A stretch of 64,000 nucleotides of DNA. Source: a virus. Its lineage: Duplodnaviria; Caudoviricetes. A model generated the notes under the pieces. That model saw only the letters and a program-made list of their open reading frames with translations, was not told the DNA's origin and ran no database searches. Of this stretch, positions 11,201 through 18,916 are shown piece by piece. Made by a program: the position numbers and the translations under genes. Each line of letters starts with the position of its first letter. Positions within the stretch are counted from its first letter, which is position 1. The DNA lies in the IMG/VR virus record IMGVR_UViG_3300033463_000041, positions 32,001-96,000 of that record. One strand, 5' to 3'.

Positions 11201-11808
11201 TAGACAAGGCTGGCAACTCTATCACTCCATTTACGATGTGGAGTGTCACTGGCTCTGCAGTTGACGTTGACGGAAGCGCAACAGTTAAAAAATTGACGAT
11301 GCAATATGATACCATTATCATCGGTGGAAACACAAGGTCAAATTCCTACAATCTCTTTACTAACATTGTAGATACCGGATATACCGTACTTCTGCCGCCT
11401 GCCAAGTTCTTCCCTGGCATGCGCTTAAAGATAATTAACGGAACATTTACTGGCGGTAACGGCAATGCAGCAACGCTTAGCCCGAGTCCCATAAATCTGG
11501 CGGTTATCTATCGCAGCGACACAGAAGAACTTGTCGATTACATAGATATCAGCTATGATGCAAATATGATTGCAGCAGCTTTGCCTGTCACGTTTAACAA
11601 TAGTATTGGTGATGACTTTACTTTTGTTGGTGCTCCAGACAGCACAAAACACATAGACTATACGCCTACGACAGCTAATCGTTTTACGGTATTTGGCCTA
11701 AAAGGAAGTAGTAACAAAAAGTACAAATCTATAGAGTTGGCAGCACTTGAGAATCCATACGTCTCTGGAACGCACTACTGCTGGATGATTATCAGTACGC
11801 AAGAATAA
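8272..11808 (+). CDS. Tail fibre / receptor-binding-like protein (1178 aa)
   Basis: Short collagen-like GxxG runs (DGNPGTPGKDG, GNPGEK, GEKGPDG); KPYLWARE and YPYIWEK fibre motifs; Ser/Thr-rich. Confidence 0.7.
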   Translation: MAGKTITSQFSVTSVKDGNPGTPGKDGNGIVSTVRTYAISANSTSANDTVAPSDISSWAAVSPAVTEAKPYLWAREVVTYTKSDPTVKYYCIGARGANGVDAQDIEWVYVLTTDNVAPVIVAESGNDYLSDDYLPLAKVTSGRIKGGSEGNANTNVRCTDDPQGVDSTWKYEWEIKREKGPATNGHRAWVAYSGTLTLHNQYVTSPYFADIDNEMVSVACSYEGKTTAAFDKTIGVKMWHGSDEQTLTKLVATFGGTSASATGSTNSASATSGNIKITVNKSSKTIRIEISNAKEIAQVTDITITIACENSGDQTLHLYVNGVRPGNPGEKAVIYDLVPSASSVKRNKNNTLTPSSLTCDVQKNAGSASSRAASTDGTLYYRKNGDIASTSDGTSLAINSGSISIEASDTYVTFAFFDASGTLRDKERVIVVYDGTDGINAPYDVITYARSKSRSSYSGSNIDTSVGTNGWASTAPSTTSTYPYIWEKIEHYTWSGGTATLSSTSYVCLTGEKGPDGKSLYGLSSSASLITLSKNYAGVISASLLSYTISLQYDGNSITSIPSGYSLWQRKDGGSWTSATLGSKTTLASDNFNDGAVGVIQYAFCVGTSYVAGNVLSSASVSVRWEIQRMLIPQGKWDEATNYQFARTDTTTPLVFLDGNNGGTYWYLIADNNNAGTSSSPSWVAPGTNGSIWAQATNYEVILTKMIFAEMARLGSYVVYDRFFFSQYGTLIYKGASGNTLETTVKASNVSSNFNGITPIVLNGNETNDIIVCKVAFYATANAQIKITLTPSSELNYDFGAIGVLGTESSPGYSKWLESANESTIKNTAVGTYMLKKASGTTPVDTTITIPSAGEYYIEIAYACDVDVDNDDTATFVFERKSGTVTWRSVTKVAGSQWMTFDGKAGNLVPYAWFDPSDPMAENVPATGYKFRPAKCINALAGEEWMAGGNVHVSQAGDITMQNAVIEGSLMYHKTYVDKAGNSITPFTMWSVTGSAVDVDGSATVKKLTMQYDTIIIGGNTRSNSYNLFTNIVDTGYTVLLPPAKFFPGMRLKIINGTFTGGNGNAATLSPSPINLAVIYRSDTEELVDYIDISYDANMIAAALPVTFNNSIGDDFTFVGAPDSTKHIDYTPTTANRFTVFGLKGSSNKKYKSIELAALENPYVSGTHYCWMIISTQE

Positions 11809-11869
11809 GAGATTATGAAGGCAAATGTAAATTGTGACAAACGAAGAAGCCAAAAGGACAAAGCGCATT

Positions 11870-11905
11870 TGCCCTTGACTTTTCCGGTCTCATTCCTTAT
11901 CTTTC
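11870..11905 (+). promoter_or_regulatory. Phage-specific promoter motif (TGCCCTTGAC-N18-TATCTTTC)
   Basis: Upstream of ATG 11936, which heads the fibre/DGR-target gene run. Confidence 0.75.
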
Positions 11906-11935
11906 GGCATAGGAACTGATTAAAAAAGAACAGAC

Positions 11936-12373
11936 ATGGCAAAATTATCATTCAACTATGACGGACAGAGCTATGTATCTGACGTCTTCTCGGGAGGAAA
12001 GGTTGTGCAACTGACTTTCCCGATAGAGAGAACCAAAGTGCTTTATCTGGAGACGCGCCTTGGCGTTGGCCTTCCTTGGAATGTCGCCGACAGCCGTATT
12101 CTGGAAAAGCAGATGGTGGTCAACGTTCCTGCTGGCGGCAGCGGACAGGAGTACCGTATGAACTGTATCGCAGAGCCTGCATCGGCAGAAATTGTTGCCG
12201 ACCAGTCGGGCGGCGGAAGCGGTGGCGGCAGCTCGCAACCATCGGCTAACAGTGTAGGTTCCGAGGAAATCAAGGACGGTTCAATCAGGATGGAAGACCT
12301 CGACCCAAGCATCGTGACCACACCAGCAGAAGCGCGTCAGATGGTGGCCGACGCCATTGCCGCCAACACATAA
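11936..12373 (+). CDS. Putative virion fibre/decoration protein
   Basis: Gly/Ser linker then NSVGSEEIKDGSIRMEDL fibre-type repeat; C-terminal helix shared with the next ORF. Confidence 0.55.
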   Translation: MAKLSFNYDGQSYVSDVFSGGKVVQLTFPIERTKVLYLETRLGVGLPWNVADSRILEKQMVVNVPAGGSGQEYRMNCIAEPASAEIVADQSGGGSGGGSSQPSANSVGSEEIKDGSIRMEDLDPSIVTTPAEARQMVADAIAANT

Positions 12374-12437
12374 AAAGAATGAGCATAAAACTCAGATATA
12401 GTTCACTTTATTAACCCTTTAAAAAGTATTTCGCTTT

Positions 12438-13076
12438 ATGACAAAAGACGAGCTTTTATTAAAGATTGTGGCCACCGAGTCATTGGAGGCCGCCATCAAT
12501 GACATCATCGCGTATGTCAAGCAGAACCGTTCAGCCATCGATGCTAACATCAGCACCGTCAACGGCAAGGTGACAACCCTTATCGGCAGCGATACTGCAA
12601 AGAGCGTCCGCACCATCGCTAACGAGGAACTGGCTGCACAGCTGATTCCTGCTAACGCCAAGGAGGCACTCGACACCTTGCAGGAGATTGCTGCATGGAT
12701 CCAGAGCCACCCGGACGATGCCTCTGCCATGAACACGGCAATCACCAACCTGCAGAACCTCGTTGGTACTCTCCCACAGGACACTGAGGAGACCACCGTC
12801 GTGGCTTGGGTAACAGCAGAGCTGGCAGCCCTCGCTTCTCAGATCAGTGGCAAGAACGTCTCTGCATCTGGTGAGACTGGCGACGGCGCCCTCGTAACGG
12901 CTTCTGCCTCGAACAATGCCGTTACCGTCGGCACTACCACAAAGCTGAAGAACGCTGTATCTGCTGCTGAGTCAGCTGTTCAGCCAGAAGATCTCGGTCT
13001 GCTGACCGTAGCCGAGGCACAGGCTCTCGTGGCCGCTGCCATCGCTGATTCTTCCAGCTCGAACTCCAGCAACTAA
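12438..13076 (+). CDS. Putative coiled-coil fibre protein ending DSSSSNSSN
   Basis: ALDTLQEIAAWI motif common in phage fibre proteins; Ala-rich heptads. Confidence 0.6.
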   Translation: MTKDELLLKIVATESLEAAINDIIAYVKQNRSAIDANISTVNGKVTTLIGSDTAKSVRTIANEELAAQLIPANAKEALDTLQEIAAWIQSHPDDASAMNTAITNLQNLVGTLPQDTEETTVVAWVTAELAALASQISGKNVSASGETGDGALVTASASNNAVTVGTTTKLKNAVSAAESAVQPEDLGLLTVAEAQALVAAAIADSSSSNSSN

Positions 13077-13091
13077 TTGCGCTCTCTGTGT

Positions 13092-13140
13092 GCCTGCGGA
13101 GGAGTGACGCTCCTCGGGGTGTTTTCTCCGCAGGCTCTTT
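13092..13140 (+). terminator. Intrinsic terminator-like hairpin
   Basis: GCCTGCGGAG...CTCCGCAGGC followed by TCTTT, just after the stop at 13076. Confidence 0.55.
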
Positions 13141-13180
13141 ACTGTCAATTCATAAAGCGAAAACAGATTCTGATTAGATT

Positions 13181-13777
13181 ATGGCAAACGATAACAATAG
13201 CGTTTTAACACCGATGCAGTGGCTCAAGCAGAACCTGCAATTGGCGTTGCGCGAGTTCTGGAGCAGCATCACGGCTGTCTTCGCTACCAAACAACAGGTA
13301 GCGTCCGACATCGCAACGATTGCTGAAATCGCTGCGCCACTCCATCCCGTAAACATCAACACGCTCACGCCGACAAGCACATTCGTCGCCAATGCCATCA
13401 TCGGCATCAACGGCGTCATCTACCGTGCAAAACAGGCTACGAGCCATTTCCCTGTGGTGCTGGAGACGAGCGGAGAAGCCCTTGTGGTACAGGTCATCAA
13501 CGGAAAGAAATCCTTTGTTGTCAGCGATCCGACCGTGCATAGCGACTGGGAGCAGTGGACCGATGCTGCCATTGAGTACTGGATTAGCCAGTTGGCAGCC
13601 CGCGCTACGTCGTTGGAGAATGCGGATGTTGCGCTCGCTTCTCGCATTACTGCACTTGAGACAGCACTACAGTCTCGACCAGGCAGTATCACCTATGGCG
13701 GTGTGGAATACAGTGCTTCAGACCTGCTGACGGCTATGGCATCGCTTATGACAAAGACCGTTGTTACAGGAGAGTAA
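13181..13777 (+). CDS. Hypothetical virion-associated protein
   Basis: 198-aa ORF with C-terminal coiled coil (LASRITALETAL), directly upstream of the DGR target. Confidence 0.6.
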   Translation: MANDNNSVLTPMQWLKQNLQLALREFWSSITAVFATKQQVASDIATIAEIAAPLHPVNINTLTPTSTFVANAIIGINGVIYRAKQATSHFPVVLETSGEALVVQVINGKKSFVVSDPTVHSDWEQWTDAAIEYWISQLAARATSLENADVALASRITALETALQSRPGSITYGGVEYSASDLLTAMASLMTKTVVTGE

Positions 13778-13849
13778 GAACCGGCAAAGCGCATAAGGCA
13801 AAATGGCTTAGAATATGGTTATTAACAATAATAGAGATTTTAAAAGATT

Positions 13850-14935
13850 ATGGAAACTATCACCCAAACCAATGCGCTGAAGGCCGTACAGTCCGGTCTC
13901 ACGCAATCCGCACCTGGAGCGACACAGCAGTTAATGCTTTTTAATCCAGATGGCACCCCTGCAAACAAGTGTACTCCGCAACAGCTAATTACGGACGGAG
14001 CATACCTTGGTGGTGGATATGCTACCTGTGCAACAGCTGCGACAACACAGGCAAAGACAGTCACTCTCTCGAATTATCTCTTGCTGAAGAACGTTCCGGT
14101 ATCAGTCCGCTTCCAGAACGGCATCAACGTGGCAGGGGCTACGCTCAATATCAACTCTCAAGGAGCAAAGCCAATCCTTATTAACGGATCAGCACTGCAG
14201 CCTGGCGTCGTCCGCCCTGGCATGACCGTCACATTTGTCTACGACGGCACGAACTACAACATCATTGAGATGCTGGGTCTTGAGCAGAGTGCAAGCCCCT
14301 CAGACCTCTTTGTGGACATGGGGCTTCCTTCCGGCCTTCTCTGGGCAAAGAAAAATATCGACGTGACACAGGCCGATGGTTTCGCGGCCAGCGAATACCA
14401 GTACGAATGCTCATTCGTCTCTTGGGGCAATACCCAGATGTACAACCCAACGAGCACGTCAGCATTTGCACATGACTTCGGAACGTCAAACGAAGGTCCT
14501 TATGCATCTACTCCCGGTGCAGCTCTCACGGGCAACATGTCGCCGTCGTTTGATGCAGCACGCGCAAACATCGGCGCGCCTTGGCGTATGCCTACTACCG
14601 AGGAATATGCGGAACTGTTCAACAGCAGCTATACAAAGTATATTGATGCTGACGGCAATGATATCGCCGCTGAGACAGCGAATAAGCTGATCACCATCAA
14701 CGGCATTACGGGCATCCGTCTGAAATCCAAGGTCAACGGCAACGTTATTTTCTTTCCTTGCTCCGGCTACGGTGACGGGACGTCGTGGGGCACTCGCGGT
14801 TCGTTCGGCTTCTATTGGGCGTCTTCATTGTTCTCTTCTACGTATGGTCGCGACCTGTACTTCGATTCGGGTGGTGTCGGTCCTCAGAACCTCAGCTACC
14901 GCTTCATCGGTTTCACCGTGCGGGCTGTTCAGTAA
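13850..14935 (+). CDS. DGR target protein, probable receptor-binding tail protein with C-terminal C-type-lectin-like variable domain
   Basis: VDMGLPSGLLWAKKNI, WRMPTTEEYAEL, IFFPCSG and GFTVRAVQ motifs of Bacteroidetes DGR targets; 3' end is the VR. Confidence 0.9.
   Translation: METITQTNALKAVQSGLTQSAPGATQQLMLFNPDGTPANKCTPQQLITDGAYLGGGYATCATAATTQAKTVTLSNYLLLKNVPVSVRFQNGINVAGATLNINSQGAKPILINGSALQPGVVRPGMTVTFVYDGTNYNIIEMLGLEQSASPSDLFVDMGLPSGLLWAKKNIDVTQADGFAASEYQYECSFVSWGNTQMYNPTSTSAFAHDFGTSNEGPYASTPGAALTGNMSPSFDAARANIGAPWRMPTTEEYAELFNSSYTKYIDADGNDIAAETANKLITINGITGIRLKSKVNGNVIFFPCSGYGDGTSWGTRGSFGFYWASSLFSSTYGRDLYFDSGGVGPQNLSYRFIGFTVRAVQ
14748..14932 (+). repeat. DGR variable repeat (VR)
   Basis: 185-bp ungapped match to 15837-16021 with 23 mismatches, 22 of them at TR adenines. 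Confidence 0.97.
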
Positions 14936-14938
14936 TTA

Positions 14939-15021
14939 TGCCTTGACCCAAGGCACTCATTTCCGCAGGCCATGCCCCAAGCCGCCCACCAGGCGGCACA
15001 AGGCATGGTCGAAGGAAATGA
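14939..15021 (+). other. Hairpins downstream of the VR/IMH (DGR target-recognition structures)
   Basis: TGCCTTG-ACC-CAAGGCA (14939-14955), then nested stems TCATTTCC/GGAAATGA, CCATGCC/GGCATGG, GCCGCC/GGCGGC (14957-15021). Confidence 0.7.
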
Positions 15022-15070
15022 CTACAGTGAAAATTAGTAACAACAAATAATCAATAAAACAATAAAAGCA

Positions 15071-15649
15071 ATGAGACTCAACGCCGCATTGGAATATGAG
15101 AAGGTAAGAGAGAATGACTCCAACTGGAACAAGGTGGTTCTTCACAAGGACGGGCATTTCTATCACGCCTACGAATGGAGCGCGTGGCTGATAAAGACGT
15201 TTGTCTGTACTGAGGAATTCCAGAAAGCGCGTCAGGACAATTCGGTCCTTTCGGCCTTGCATTTTATCACGAAGAACAATGACTATGTGATGCTCGGCTT
15301 CCCTCTTGAGAGTCTGTCAAAGTATATTCCTGAGTACGAGGACGTAAAAGCGCTGGAAGGTGACGACCTCGAAATAACGATTGCACTGCCGGTCGATGAA
15401 GACCGTACATTCGAGAGCATGTCTGAATCCTTCAGTGCATGGCGCACAGAATGTCCCATCAAGGAGCCGCCTAACAAGGGTGCTGGCAAGAATGCACTGA
15501 AAGGTGTCAGCCAGGCTGCTGTTCTCAGCCGTAGCGGCATATTTCAGATAGCAGCACAGGTTATGGCCTATCCTGTTGAGAAGAGTACTCCTGCCGAGAA
15601 TATTGAGTTCATCTCAAGTCTGAAACAGCAGGTGGCACAACTCCTTTGA
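15071..15649 (+). CDS. DGR accessory protein, MutS domain-I-like (MSL type) rather than Avd
   Basis: Lies between VR and TR; VVLHKDGHFYHAYEWSAW resembles the MutS-I hhh-x-x-G-x-FY-E motif; VMLGFPLESL. Confidence 0.65.
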   Translation: MRLNAALEYEKVRENDSNWNKVVLHKDGHFYHAYEWSAWLIKTFVCTEEFQKARQDNSVLSALHFITKNNDYVMLGFPLESLSKYIPEYEDVKALEGDDLEITIALPVDEDRTFESMSESFSAWRTECPIKEPPNKGAGKNALKGVSQAAVLSRSGIFQIAAQVMAYPVEKSTPAENIEFISSLKQQVAQLL

Positions 15650-15836
15650 GCCTGTCTGCAAACAAACCTCCAGCTTCTAAAGGTGTTCTTTCATTTTGTG
15701 GGCTATTCAGAATAAGGCATAATTCATAGGTTGCTCGTCCTTCATCCCAATGGATGCGGGAAAAATCAAAGACTGATGATGGCTTCCCTTGCGGATTCTT
15801 TCTTCTGTTCGTATCAGGCAGCAACCGCCATGAGGT

Positions 15837-16021
15837 TTTTCTTTCCTTGCTCCGGCAACGGTAACGGGACGTCGTGGAACAATCGCGGTTCGAACGGCAA
15901 CTATTGGGCGTCGTCATTGAACTCTTCTACGAATGGTCGCAACCTGAACTTCAATTCGGGTGGTGTCAATCCTCAGAACAACAACAACCGCTTCAACGGT
16001 TTCACCGTGCGGGCTGTTCAG
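15837..16021 (+). repeat. DGR template repeat (TR), part of the non-coding template RNA
   Basis: 17 AAY codons in the VR frame; immediately upstream of the RT; ends ...GCTGTTCAGCATT (IMH*) versus VR ...GCTGTTCAGTAAT. Confidence 0.97.
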
Positions 16022-16078
16022 CATTCTGTCTATCAGTGATGGCAACACATATAGATAAACATAAAAACGAAGGATAGT

Positions 16079-17266
16079 ATGGCGTATAGATTGACAAAGA
16101 AATCACTATTGCTTGACCTTTATGCAGCATTTGCATGTGCAAAGCAGCATAAGGCATCGAAGGCGTATGTGCTTCACTTCCGCAACAATCTTGACGCGAA
16201 CCTCCGCAAACTATGTGATGACTTGTGGAATCGCAGATACAAGCCTGAACCCTCCAGCTGTTTTATCGTTGAACGTCCTAAGAAGCGTGAGGTCTTTGCA
16301 GCTCAGTTCAGAGACAGGGTGGTACATCACCTATACTACAATTATACGCATGTCCTGTTTGAGCGCACATTCATACAAGACACCTATTCGTGTATTCCAG
16401 GACGCGGGACGCATTACGGAGTCGAAAGACTTGAGATGCACATACGGAAGGAAAGCCGGAACTATACCAGACGCTGCTATGCTCTGAAACTCGACAAGCG
16501 CGGATATTTCATGCACATAGACCGGAGCCGTCTGCTGTCTATAACGCTCGGCTCGCTCGAAAAAATGGGCGAACACAGGATAGGCCGTAGCGGTAAGACG
16601 TGGAACGATCATCTTGACATGGACTTCCTCGGATGGCTGTCAGAGGAAATCATCACGCTTAATCCGAAGGAACACTGCCATATCGTAGGCTCGGTAAAGG
16701 ACTGGGACGGACTTGACAGGAACAAGTCGCTGTTCTATACCGTCGACGGATGCGGACTGCCCATAGGGAACCTGACATCGCAGCTGCTCAGCAATGTCTA
16801 TCTGAACTGCTTCGACCAGTATATGAAACGAGAACTCGGATGTAAGCATTATGGACGTTATGTCGATGACAGCTATGTCGTCAGCTGTGACAGGGAATGG
16901 CTTCTTGCCCTCGTCCCGAAGATAAGGGCCTTCCTTAAAGACGTTTTGGGATTGGACCTTCATATGGGGAAACTCCATATCGTAGACGTGTCTTTCGGTG
17001 TTGAGTTCCTCGGTGCGTTTGTGAAGAAATTCAGGACGTATGTAAGCCGTGCGTCCATTGGTCGTTCCGCAGCAAGCATACTCAACCTGTGCCTGGAAGA
17101 TGGCGCTCAGGCGTGGCGTAGCATAAACTCGTTTGTCGGCATGATGGCCCATTATACGTCATACTATGTCCGTTGCCGTATATTCCTACGTCCGGACTTC
17201 CTCTCTATTGCTACATTCGACAAGGATGTGAAGAAGATGAATAAACCATTATTTATAAACGTTTAA
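16079..17266 (+). CDS. DGR reverse transcriptase
   Basis: KKREVFAAQFRDRVVHH, GRGTHYG, GLPIGNLTSQLLSNVYL (DGR-type SQ) and YGRYVDDS catalytic motif; 395 aa. Confidence 0.97.
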   Translation: MAYRLTKKSLLLDLYAAFACAKQHKASKAYVLHFRNNLDANLRKLCDDLWNRRYKPEPSSCFIVERPKKREVFAAQFRDRVVHHLYYNYTHVLFERTFIQDTYSCIPGRGTHYGVERLEMHIRKESRNYTRRCYALKLDKRGYFMHIDRSRLLSITLGSLEKMGEHRIGRSGKTWNDHLDMDFLGWLSEEIITLNPKEHCHIVGSVKDWDGLDRNKSLFYTVDGCGLPIGNLTSQLLSNVYLNCFDQYMKRELGCKHYGRYVDDSYVVSCDREWLLALVPKIRAFLKDVLGLDLHMGKLHIVDVSFGVEFLGAFVKKFRTYVSRASIGRSAASILNLCLEDGAQAWRSINSFVGMMAHYTSYYVRCRIFLRPDFLSIATFDKDVKKMNKPLFINV

Positions 17267-17277
17267 AGATTTTGAAC

Positions 17278-17850
17278 ATGAACAAAGTATCAGGAAATCA
17301 GAGCGACTTCGCCTATATCCGCGAAGACGGCTCGCGCATCATCATCAGCTATGGGCTGACGAAGATTGATGACAACCTCTATGAGTGGTACGAGGTCTAC
17401 CTCTACAAGAAGCAAGTAAACCAACTTACACTCCAGATGGTGAAAAAGGCCATCATCGCCGACATCAACGCACGTACCGACGAGAAGATCCTGTCTGGCT
17501 ACGAGTGGACGATACTGCATGGCGACGATGCAGGAAAGACCGTGAAGGTATGGCTGTCGGCAGAGAACAAGGAGAACTACAAGGCCAAGTACGATACAGC
17601 CAAGGACGATCCTGAACTCATCACATGGCCCTCTAAGTTCAAGGTGTCAGAGAACGACGACCTGACTCCAGTCTATGAGTATTTTGACAACGTCGCCGAG
17701 TTGAAGGCATTCTACTACGGTGGTCTGAACTACATCGAGCAGACCGTGAACGCAGGTTGGGCAGAGAAGGACGGCATCGACTGGGCACCCTATGAAGCCC
17801 TGTTCCCTGCAGCAGCTGCCCAAGAGCAATCAGGAGCATCATCTGAGTAA
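17278..17850 (+). CDS. Hypothetical protein, possible tail-fibre assembly / DUF4376-like
   Basis: INARTDEKILSGYEW...VWLSAENKENY pattern seen in fibre-adjacent Bacteroidales phage proteins; ATG 17278 preferred to TTG 17272. Confidence 0.5.
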   Translation: MNKVSGNQSDFAYIREDGSRIIISYGLTKIDDNLYEWYEVYLYKKQVNQLTLQMVKKAIIADINARTDEKILSGYEWTILHGDDAGKTVKVWLSAENKENYKAKYDTAKDDPELITWPSKFKVSENDDLTPVYEYFDNVAELKAFYYGGLNYIEQTVNAGWAEKDGIDWAPYEALFPAAAAQEQSGASSE

Positions 17851-18392
17851 TGCCTATGGCAACGATGCTTATCCTCTCCATTGTGATGGCGGTGGTCTAC
17901 GTGGCCGCCGTCATCATCAAAGACAAGGCATTGCCCGACAGCGTGTCCGCACTTGTCTATGTCCTGCCTAAAGGCCGGTGGCGCTGGCTGTGGTCGGCAT
18001 GGCTGGCAGTGGTGACGCTGCTGATGGCTCCTGCCCTTATGACGGCAATGGCCGATTCATACTGGACCCAGTTGTTGGCAGCAGCTACTATCATCAGCCT
18101 TGCCATGACTGCAGCCCTGCCATTGTGGCCAGGTAGCCATAACCGCCTGCACAACATCCTCGGCATTCTATCGGGTGTGCTGTCACAGGTGTGCGTGTGG
18201 TTCATCAGCCCGTGGTATCTGATGCTATGGCTGCTCTTTGTCATACTGTTGGTGTTACATGCCTTTCCTGATGTATCATGGGCAGCAAAGATTGCCGACA
18301 AGACAAGCGGCAAAGGCGTATTCCTGCTTGAAGCCGTATGCTCGGCGGCATTGTATGCAGCCATGATAACGGCAATCCTCTCGCTCCAGTAA
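17850..18392 (+). CDS. Multi-pass membrane protein
   Basis: About 5-6 hydrophobic segments; start overlaps the previous stop (TAATG). Confidence 0.7.
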   Translation: MPMATMLILSIVMAVVYVAAVIIKDKALPDSVSALVYVLPKGRWRWLWSAWLAVVTLLMAPALMTAMADSYWTQLLAAATIISLAMTAALPLWPGSHNRLHNILGILSGVLSQVCVWFISPWYLMLWLLFVILLVLHAFPDVSWAAKIADKTSGKGVFLLEAVCSAALYAAMITAILSLQ

Positions 18393-18404
18393 AAAAGGAG
18401 AAAT

Positions 18405-18551
18405 AAAAAGTCCCCGCCAGTCGTAATAACCATTTCGCTTTTAAGGGTTTTATACTACGCGACTGACAGGGGACTATAATCCCTATACGTAGTATAAACC
18501 ATTTTCTTAAAAGCGGATGCAAAAGTACAACATTTCCGACAATCTTGCAAA
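18405..18551 (-). promoter_or_regulatory. Leftward host-type promoter plus structured leader/terminator
   Basis: TTTG(18551-48)-N20-TACTTTTG(18527-20); interleaved inverted repeats 18436-59/18488-515 and 18409-24/18459-75, ending in a U-run. Confidence 0.6.
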
Positions 18552-18573
18552 TATTAGCGGGATTAGTGGCTAC

Positions 18574-18795
18574 ATGCTACTGAAAATTAACATAAATCAA
18601 GTGGAAATGATGTCAAAGTTTGACCTTTCCGTGGATGATGTCAGACATATTCCCATGTACGAGGAATACCTCTCACTGCGTCAGGACAGGCTGAAGACAA
18701 CGCATATCATTGCCCATCTCGCAGAGAAATACTTTGTCAGCGAAAGCACGGTGAAGCGCGTGATAAAGCGGTTCTCGAAGCGGGTCATCTTGTGA
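18574..18795 (+). CDS. Small HTH (Mor-like) DNA-binding protein
   Basis: IAHLAEKYFVSESTVKRVIKRF helix-turn-helix; start uncertain (18517 or 18574). Confidence 0.65.
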   Translation: MLLKININQVEMMSKFDLSVDDVRHIPMYEEYLSLRQDRLKTTHIIAHLAEKYFVSESTVKRVIKRFSKRVIL

Positions 18796-18840
18796 ACCCC
18801 GAATAACTCTGATTCATTAGGAACCAGCAGTTATTCTCCG

Positions 18841-18848
18841 TAAATTTG
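18841..18848 (+). promoter_or_regulatory. Bacteroidetes -7 promoter element TAAATTTG for the Cys-rich cassette
   Basis: Matches TAnnTTTG about 70 nt upstream of ATG 18917. Confidence 0.5.
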
Positions 18849-18916
18849 TAACGGATTTCCGAAAGGACTTCCGCTACAGATAACCCTATTTATTCACAAC
18901 ACAAAACTTAAAGATT

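Noticed and set aside
8272-13777. Possible second DGR target among the fibre genes
   Set aside because: No TR-like sequence or GFTVRAV-type ending found by eye
15731-16039. 102-aa Asn-rich ORF resembling the target C-terminus
   Set aside because: It is the TR read in the VR frame; no good start, and TRs act as RNA
16079-17266. Group II intron, retron or Abi RT
   Set aside because: The TR/VR pair with A-specific mismatches and the SQ motif identify a DGR RT
17957-18433. 158-aa minus-strand ORF after the leftward promoter
   Set aside because: Antisense to a convincing membrane-protein gene; it begins inside the terminator stem
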